From Lama glama (lineage: Eukaryota): 64,000 nucleotides of DNA. Shown here piece after piece: positions 55,196-64,000 of the stretch. How positions within the stretch are numbered: the stretch's first letter is position 1; each line of letters starts with the position of its first letter. Position numbers and translations under genes: made by a program. Where the stretch lies: contig CM052817.1 of NCBI GenBank assembly GCA_028534125.1, positions 65,846,001 through 65,910,000 of the forward strand, given 5' to 3'. The notes below the pieces were generated by a model. That model was not told where the DNA came from. It saw nothing but the letters and a program-made list of their open reading frames with translations, and made no database searches.

Positions 55196-57883
55196 TTAAA
55201 AACAGAGTTAAGAAGTCAGATGACTTTTTCGTTAACTCTAACTATTTTACCAATTTACATACTTAACAGACTGTACTCAGAAAAACCAGGTTTGTTTGTT
55301 TGGTTTTCCCTCTCTAAGGATTTACCTGTAAATCAAGTGTAAAAGCCTATGCTTCTGACCATGAATACTTGCCTGTGATTCCTCAGAGGTCCCCTAAACG
55401 CCAGAGAGCCACTTCTGAGCGTTCCAGGGGGAGGGGTGAACAGCTCACTGAAAAATCACTGAGCAGGTGGGGCAGGTTCCTACCCTTCTCTTCTAATTGA
55501 GTTCCCTTCTCTTCTGCTTATACAAAGAGAACGTGCATTGGCAGAAAAAGTGAGTCACTAGAATCTTCTACCCACTTCCGGGCTCCATGTTGGGAAGACT
55601 ACTTTGCGAAACTTCTTTTTCAAAAGTTCTCCCTTGAAGTGATCAAGCCAGGGGCTATCTTAACCCCCTTTGTTCCCCGGAATATCCTTTACATTAATTA
55701 ACGGCCATAAAACATCTGTTTTGTGCTTGGTACTCTTTCCTCTCTCAGTTGGTTCACAAGTTCTAGAGGAAAAAGTGGAAAAACTACTAAGTTGGACTTG
55801 GTGAGAGATGGTGGCACGTGGTTTATATTTTAGCACCTATGTAAAAATGTCACACATAGGTCTGTCTAAGTTTTGTCACTGACTGCATTTTCCAAATTAA
55901 AAAAAATAAATCTACATATTATTATAATAAATAGTTTCCTTTTTTATATTTTAAAAAAATACTGTATGATCTTTAGTGAACCTATTTTATTTTTTCTTAA
56001 ATTCTCAAGTTAATGTTTAGAGAAGTGCAAAAAACAAAACAAAAAAAAACCCCTCTCTTTTTAAGGTGTTTATAATCCAAGGTAAAAAGGATAAGGTGTC
56101 CTTTTCACACATCATATGGGACTTTGTAGGAAGTGTTAACACCAGCAGATCATTTTTCTAATTCTTCTGCCACTAACAGAAAAACAACCAAATACTCCTT
56201 TCAGAGAATATCAGATAATGAAATGTTCCTCACCTAAATGAACAGTTTAAGTCATAGAATGTGTTCAGAGAATGGTCTATAGATGATAATTGGTGTAAGT
56301 TTTGGTCTTTTAATCCATGGTAAGAACAAGCTTTCTGACCTTCTTTGGAAGGAAAGATTTCTGTTGTTTCCCCTGACTTTTAAGAATTCAGTTTGGAATC
56401 TTTTTCATTGTTTGCTAAGGGCCAAACAATTAATCACAGCTCTAACATGTCTATAAGAAAGAAAACCCACACCAACACTCATACAATTTTGAAATGGCCA
56501 GAAAAAGGTCTCTGCTTTTCTCTCCACCCAAGAAAGTGAAGACACAACAGGCCACGTTTTCCTCCTGGGTGGGTTAATTTGTCAGAGGTGATGCCAACCC
56601 ACACCCACCTCACGCACCCACGGATACTCCTCAGAAAGCTGTACTAGGCAGCTGGTTTCCTCTCACTTCCTCTCTGACCTGAAAGCCTTCAAACAGCCCA
56701 TACTGTTGTCTATTTCTTTTCCTCTAGTGGCAATCACACCATGGCGGGTATCCCCCCACACATCTGATTAACAGAACTTAGTACTGCCAGCTCTCCTGCC
56801 TGCAAATGAGTGGAGTAAGTTTAAATCCATCTGGGAGAAAGCCACCGTCCAATCCAGCATATCTGATACTGAAATGGAACCATGGATCCTCATTCATGAT
56901 TGGTCCCTTGAATTATACTCTGCTGGCCAAAACATTGGAGAAGAAAATGGGACGTGTGTAGGTGCTGCCTCAAACTTTATTCCGAGTTTCTAATAATATT
57001 TATTATCCATGATTTGCAATGAAGATTCTTTATATAATAAATCCTGTCCTAGAGACCATGTGAACGTCTGAAGTGTCTATGCCTTAATTTTAGATGATTT
57101 ATGATCAAGAGACTACTAAAGGACACTTGTTAAGGGGAAAAAGTGGGATGGCAATTAGTCTTCTTACAGTAGTTTTTCTATTTTTTTAGTTCTTCAGTTA
57201 AATCCTGCTTCAGTCTAACTATTCAGCCTGCTATTATCACTCTATGTTGAATTTTCCCAAGTCTAACCCAGTCCACTGAGAGGTCATGATGTGCTAAGGG
57301 GAAAGATTCTGACCCTCTCCAAGAACAGTATGGCCAGATCATAAGATCAATCCAACAGACACAAGGACTGGAAAGTAGGGGAGAGCTCCAAAAATGGGGA
57401 CTATATTTAGAAGCACAACCAGGAAAGCAGCAAGAAGAAGTAGTTAAATGTCTAGAAATGAAATGGGATATATTTAAGAGAAATGAGAAGGGGAAAAATG
57501 TAAAATCAAGGAAGTGAAAAATATATAAGAAGGATAATCTCTCAGGAAATTTTCATTAAAGGACTTGTAAAAAGCATAACCAGAGCAATGAAAAGCCAGA
57601 AACTAGGCAGGAAAAAAAGGGGAATAAATTATGTAGAGCTGTCCTTTTCAACTCAGTATAAGCTGGTACTCAGAAAAATGCTCAAATAAATACAGAATTT
57701 TAAATGTAAAATGAACATTCTGACAGTTGGAGCCAGTTTAGCATTCCTCACTTTTCAGATCTAATGACTCCACTGGAGAGTAGAGAGCAGAAGACCCTAG
57801 TTCAGTGTCCACAGCCGTGCTCCCAGCAAATGGGGAGTCACATCGTTATTGCAGCACTTTTCTTAATGAAGTAATGCTGTCCC

Positions 57884-58070
57884 TTATCTATCTGTCTGTC
57901 TGTCTGTCTATCTATCTATTTGTGTATGTATTTATTTATATTGCTATATAGTTGATTTACAATGTGTCAGTTTCTGGTGAAGCATGAAATAATGCCATTA
58001 GTAGCAACATGGCTGGACCTAGAGATTATCATACTTAGTGAAGTCGGTCAGACAGAGAAGGACAGGTATC
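57884..58070 (-). mobile_element. Short L1 insertion with 5' inversion; tail converted to (TCTR)n/(TATT)n
   Basis: 57940-57979 is the antisense L1 terminus. 57980-58070 is sense L1 ORF2-end sequence (gaaataatgccatt ... gacctagagattatcatact). Confidence 0.8.
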
Positions 58071-58645
58071 TTTTTAAATTTCTCAGTAACCCAGGTAAGT
58101 AAGAAGCTTTTAGTACTTCTTTTATAAAAGTAGAATATATTTACTCAAAACGGCAATTGAATTAATTAAAGAAGAGACATTAAAAACAAATGCCTCCAAA
58201 TTTTATCCTGGGGATTACCTTCAGTATTTTCCAAATAATCCGAATCAATATGAATACCACACATTTACAATCCACAAAATGTAAAATATCCAAATAAAAT
58301 ATCTGAACTAATACATAATTGAACTTACAGGAACTGAACAATAGCAGGATAGAATTAAGTTCAAATGTAAAGATCCTTGCATGTTTAGTATTGCTATTCC
58401 TGGTTTTGGTATTTTCCAGAGATCATTAAAAGTCTTTTTCAAATACTTATGTTCCATTGCAAGTCCTCACAGTCCATAATTCAATACAAAGATCAACGAA
58501 AAAAGGCACATTTTTTTCAGAATTTTACTAGCTGTGACATGCAAATACAATGTCACGTTTAACATTCTTGGTACTTGCTCTATTTAAGTTGTGGAAATGT
58601 ACCACAGTAGCTCAACTTAAAATTCAATATATTGAATAATTAAGG

Positions 58646-58671
58646 CACACACACACACACACACATACACA
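58646..58671. repeat. (CA)n microsatellite
   Basis: Interrupted CA run. Confidence 0.85.
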
Positions 58672-59498
58672 AACCTGTTACATGAAAACTGTGGTAGCTA
58701 TTTCTCAGAGAAGATTATAATCACTTATTTTAACTTGAAAATCCAAAACCAAAAGGCAATATTTCACAAGTTTAAAAAAATGAGTAATTTTAAGTAAATT
58801 TTCATTTCCTGTTTCCATTCAAATAATTATCACTTCTTTTTTTGGGTCTCTCAATTGTTTCCCTTTTTATTTCTAATCTTCTTTTATGCCTGGGGTATTA
58901 TTGACACTATTTCCAGATCTAGGCGCCCAGGCACACTCAATCTTCCTCAAAGGTGAATGTACACACCAAGGAACTCTTGAAAGATTTACTTTGACCATGT
59001 GTCCTTCCTGACCTTAAGGCAGTGCCTTGCTGACTTCTCCTGAAGTCTGAAAGGTATCTATGCCAAGCGGTCTGCTGAGTGAGCGTGGTATCCCTGCAGG
59101 GTGGATTTCAGCCTCTGAAGGGAACCAGATAATGGCAGCACCATCACAGCAGTGACGGGCCGAGTGCCAGGGTGAAGAGAGATTCTGACACGTGGGACAC
59201 CTGCCACGTACAGGCCTTGGCTCCCGATGGCTCACAGTTCCTACCCATTCATTAAGTGCCTCCTGGATTTCCTCAGTTTTAACTGAATTAGGGGTATGTG
59301 GAAAGCACTATATAGAATACAATTTACTACCCAAATCATTTATCCATTAAATGTTCTTGTAAATCCAATCCTATCCTATCCTATAGCCTGCCACGTGCCA
59401 ACTGCTAGCAATGGAAATACGAATAAAGTGTGGTCTTCACTTTAGGAGATCAAGTGAATGATGACAGTGGACAGTGACAAGTACTAGAGAGGAGGGAG

Positions 59499-59701
59499 CA
59501 GACGTGTGCAGGAACTGGCTGCTGTCAGCTAGTGAGATACACTCAGCACATCCCTTCCTAACACCGTCTTTAGTAGCTGCAGTAATTTGAAATCAGTGGT
59601 AGGGAAGGGAATTTATACCAAGAAAATCTGCAAATGCTACACACCAGGGCCATTTTCCCCCTGGAGTGATGGGTTGTTAAATATTTACCAGCATACCCCT
59701 G
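59499..59701 (+). mobile_element. MER63-like MITE within L2 remnants
   Basis: atttataccaagaaaatctgcaaatgctaca ... ggttgttaaatatttaccagcatacccctg. Confidence 0.65.
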
Positions 59702-60059
59702 GAAACAGGTGTTAATTGTCTGGAGAAAAATATTCATTGACATGGTGACAGTTGAAGGATCCTGAAGGATAAATAAAAGTTAAAGACTAGGAAGAATTTT
59801 CCGAAGAAGTAAGAGAATTTTCAGATCTGTAGAGGCTGCAACAATCTATGTTACGCTCAGATGATGGGTGAGAAGTCTGGTGTGAATGGAGTTTGGGTGC
59901 ACTGGGGTGAGGGTAGGGTGGGAAGAGAAGCAGGACATGCCTGGGGCTAAACTGTAAAAGCTTTAGCAGAGTTGTAGGAGCAAACAAGAAGTTTAGGCAT
60001 TGCACACTCATAACAGAGGTACCAAGAACTTACTTTGCACTTACTCCCCCAATCTCTGC

Positions 60060-60104
60060 AAAAGAAAAAATAAAGAAAGAAAGAGAAGAAAGACAGACAG
60101 AAAC

Positions 60105-60151
<47 letters not shown>

Positions 60152-60215
60152 ACAGAAGGAAGGAAGGAAGGAAGAAAGAGAGAGAGAGAGAAAGAAAGAA
60201 AAAGAAAGAGAGAGA
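60060..60215. repeat. Compound purine microsatellite (GAAA)n/(GGAA)n/(GA)n, inside an old L1 3' fragment (~60015-60370)
   Basis: About 11 perfect GAAA units plus GGAA and GA runs; the right flank ends aggtttgaaacgtttcataataaa, an L1ME-like terminus. Confidence 0.92.
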
Positions 60216-60799
60216 TGGACCGAGGCTGGGTAGAGAGATAGACACATAACAAATGCAAATACAATCACATATTAATTGTAGAAAGTAAGTGATGGGTACA
60301 TGAGTACTGACTGTACAATGCTCTCAACATTCCTTTAGGTTTGAAACGTTTCATAATAAAGTGTCAAAAAATGAAACTATATTTGGGAGAAGCTAGGCTT
60401 TGAGGGAAAAGGGAGACAGCAGCTTGAAGAAGAGAGGCCTTTCCTCCCTCCCTGTCCTGGGGTTGTACAGAGGACGCAGGAGGCTTGCCAAAGGGGGCAA
60501 AGAAGAAAAGTTCTTGGCGTGATTACATCCACCCCTCCCCTTCTCCAAACAGCTCCAGGGGAAATTGGCCCAGTAAGATTTTGTTTGATAAGCCCAATTC
60601 AAAAGACCCTCATTGCCTTCAGTACCTTTCTGCTACTGTAAGAACTGAAGATGATGAGCTACATAAAAATTTTACACTTGAATATTTTGTGAAATAGGAA
60701 TCTTTTTATATTATTAGAACATAAAAAAAGCTGCTTTCAAAAATTGAGTTCCTTACTCTTTTTTTAAGTGTATATAGTTTTAAATGTTTAAACTTTTAA

Positions 60800-61078
60800 T
60801 TTTTCTATTGACATATAGTTGATTTACAATGTTGTGTTAGTTTCAGGTGTACAGCAAAACAATTGTTTTTATATATATTTATATATAATTTTCTTTTTCA
60901 GATTCATTTCCATTAGAGGTTATTATGAGGTACTGAATACAGTTCCCTGTGCTATACAAGATCTGTTTATCTATTTTATATACAATAGTGTATATCTGTT
61001 AATCCCCAACTTTTAATTTATCCCTCCCCTTCCCTTTCCCCTTTGGTGACCATGGGTTTGTTTTCTATGTCTGTGAGT
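60800..61078 (-). mobile_element. Truncated artiodactyl-type L1 3' end
   Basis: attgacatatagttgatttacaatgttgtgttagtttcaggtgtacagcaaa ... tttgttttctatgtctgtgagt. Confidence 0.88.
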
Positions 61079-61503
61079 TGTGTACTCTAATGGAAAATGC
61101 AGCAGAAAATTTCCACTTCATTATTTTGCTGGCCTCAAATATTCTGCTATTATTTAAGGCTTCTTTCTTTAAAGGACTTTTAACTAATACAAGTGTATCC
61201 ACAGCATATGTCTTTAAACGCAATATATTAAAAGAAGTGCATACACATTAACATTTCAAATTTTTTCAAAAGAAAGATCTATTTTAAGAGCTATATTTTG
61301 CTGGTAGGCTTCAAATCTCTTTAACCTTTTAGTTCAAATTCTAAGAAATAATATAGAAACTCACCCCTTTTTCATATTTGTTAAAATATAACGAAGTTCA
61401 TCTCTATAAGAAACCTATTCCACTTGAAAGTAAAATGTGATTATGACTCATGATTATTTAGCAGAGTTTAGACACATCTCCAGATTTTATTTTTCAATGA
61501 ATA

Positions 61504-61956
61504 TGTGGAGGAAAAACTGGGCTGGTCTAACAAGATAACTCACAGGTCTAGGAATGTGAAGGAGAGGCTGGGCTGGGCTAACAAGTCTAAGTATTGGAAT
61601 ACTGATCTGAGTTCTGCTGGACTAATTTGTAAATCTAAGTTAATTAGTGTTGGTTTGCTGTTTATGTTTTTTTGCTAGCCAGCTGGATTTTCAAAGATAC
61701 ATATCTGGCTTTGGAATGTTGGTTTGCTGCCTCCCCACCTCCACTTTTGTGATGATAATGCTGCTAAAGCTGTTCCATGCCTATTGGCCGAATACCCCAA
61801 GCTAGTACTTTACCCTATAAAACCTCATATGCACGTCTTGGAGGAGCTCAGAGCTTCGGAGCAGAAGCCCCTCTGAGCCCGCCGGCGTAATGTATCTGAG
61901 TACTCCAACCCTCCAAGTGGTGCTTGTTTCTTGACTGGCCTGTCGTTTCCGTAACA
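61504..61956 (+). mobile_element. ERV1-class solo LTR (453 bp), antisense within a PPP3CA intron
   Basis: TG...CA ends with imperfect inverted repeats (tgtggaggaaa / tttccgtaaca); 4-bp TSD AATA at 61500-61503 and 61957-61960; ATTGG near 61783; TATAAAA at 61816-61822. Confidence 0.88.
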
Positions 61957-64000
61957 AATAGAGCAATTACTAAATTTGAATAAAGGCAATTGATGAAACA
62001 AAGCATTAAGGTGTTGAGATAAGAAATATTTTTTGTTGTCTTACATTAAAGACAAAAATTAGCTTGGCTTCTGCCGCAAATCAGCACTTTTGAAATATGA
62101 TACCCTGCAAAGACAGAATATGTCTTCAGATGCCTCTAAAAACCTTGCATGATTGGTCATTATAGCTTTTTTTACAAGTGATGATGAAATTATAAGTACA
62201 AAGACAGTCCTGTTTGGGAGAACATATATCCCAAATTGGCCCCTACAAGGCTACAAGGCCAAACCATGTGCAGTAATCCCTAAACCTTATTTTCTTGTCT
62301 TTCCTTTCTCTGATCCACTTTAACAATAACAAATCTTGAGCATCTATATCTCAATAAAGTGATGCTATTCAGAAATTATCTAAACAGCTACCGTGTTTTG
62401 TCCTTGACTGTGAGTGTGACAAGTGCTTCATTACACTCTTCTACACAGCCAGGCACTTGAGTCCTGGGAGTTGGGGACAGCACAATAAAGCACTGAGAAA
62501 CTGTTCATTCTGATGGACTGGCTTCCAAACTGTAGCCTTTATACTTTTTACTCACGCATCTGCAAAATATCCTCAAAAGAATACTATTCTCACCTCCAAG
62601 TTTAAATAAAGAATATAATATTATAAACATTGTCAATTTTTAAATGAAATGACTATACTACTTTCTTTAAACAAATGGCACATAAATATCATAGCAATTT
62701 CATCCCACCATCATTCATTTAAAGTAAAAATCCATTAAGAAGCTATTCATTGACATTTAGAAATTTTACATTAGACCTTTTTTCTTTGAAATTGCATTTC
62801 CATTTCAATTTCCCTGCCTTTACTTTAGTGAATTATATATTTGTACTTTGAAGTATTTTATCACCACATTATATTTTGCTGTCAAATTTAAATTTAAAGT
62901 AAGGTATTTTTAAAATTTCCTGAGGCAGTATGCTCTAAGAGTTAAAAATTCCTTTGTAATCAAAATCACAATTATTAGTAGTGCATAACTGAGCTAGATA
63001 GCACAAACACATGATAAACATTTGTGAATATTTAAAAAACAAAGAAATAGAATTTGATTGGAATGTACCTCTTAATGATAAGGATGGGAGGGCAGTTACA
63101 TGCCTTGATTAAGGAGAATTCCTAGGCAGTGAGTTTTTCCAGCCTCTGTTTGTTTAGTACTCCAGGCAAGGTTCACAGCGATTATGTCTGGGGAGACCTA
63201 TGCCTTTCTGTTAAAATGGGAGAAAGGCAATGGAGAGAGGAGGTGGGAGAGGAGAGGCTGCAGTGAAGCCTGCAGGGTGGAGCCCAGGTGAGTCCCCAGG
63301 CTGATTATTTTCAGGAATGAGGACATATGGAAGCTGAGGATGTGAAAATGGATTTCCTTGTTCCTCTTGAAACCTTGGGTAACCCACTGTTTCAAATATT
63401 CTGGCATGAAGATAGCTGCTCTATCAAGAATTAGATTATTCAGTCTCTAGAGTTGACAATTGCTGGGAAAAAGATCTCCTCAACTAGCCATAACTTGAGA
63501 ATCCTGCATTACTGATCCATTTGGGTCAGTGATGGTTAAATCTAGTTCAAAGAGATTGGAGGTGCTGCCCCTCACGAAACAGCTGTATGTATGCTTCCGT
63601 AGGTTACTCTATTAGGCAGAGAAGAACACCTTCAGGATAACAAATTTTTAAAAAAGCTCTGTAAAAATTCATCTTTTTGAGGATTACAACCCAAAATAGT
63701 TGAAATACCTTTCTAATTTTGATCTTAACAATCCCATATTACATATTCATAGACGATAAAATTGGGACATAAACGCTACTCATTCCGAATCACTCCAAAC
63801 CACATATCCTGAATTTCTTCCATATGTTTTAGCTCAACTAAAATCTCAGCATGGAATAGAAACTACAGTGGTGTGATATTTGGCACAGGGCTATTCTGTC
63901 TTATATGTCATTTTGAAAGGAACAGAAAATCCCTGAAAATGTATTTTTTAAATAAAAAGACTCTCCTGTGTAATGGACTTTGAAAAAGGCCAGTATAGCC

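Noticed and set aside
59947..60268. Low-complexity ORFs (RKKE / FFLS repeats)
   Set aside because: Translations of the GAAA microsatellite.

Overview
Mammalian (non-human) genomic DNA. The only protein-coding gene I can support is the 3' end of PPP3CA (calcineurin A alpha) on the minus strand. It has four coding exons: 55104-55188 (calmodulin-binding helix), 50122-50219, the 30-nt cassette exon 47103-47132, and the terminal exon (CDS 43746-43942, autoinhibitory domain). A ~2.4 kb 3'UTR follows, ending near 41325. All splice sites are GT-AG and the phases join into one frame. Exon numbers (11-14) are taken from the human gene as I recall it; upstream exons lie beyond 64000. Positions 1-41300 are gene-free downstream DNA full of old repeats: L1, L2, MIR, MaLR/ERVL LTRs, hAT and mariner MITEs. 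There are short artiodactyl-type L1 3' ends but no Alu, Bov-A/BovB or PRE-1 SINEs that I could recognise, which suggests a camelid (inference). Almost all ORFs in the supplied track are spurious. I found no novel multi-gene system. The best leads are: (1) an intact ERV1-type solo LTR antisense in a PPP3CA intron; (2) a possible CnA-beta1-like intron-12 read-through isoform; (3) the regulatory context of the microexon; (4) a small CpG-rich patch at exon 12; (5) a twin-primed inverted L1. Repeat family names come from recalled consensus sequences, not a database search, and most repeat boundaries are approximate.
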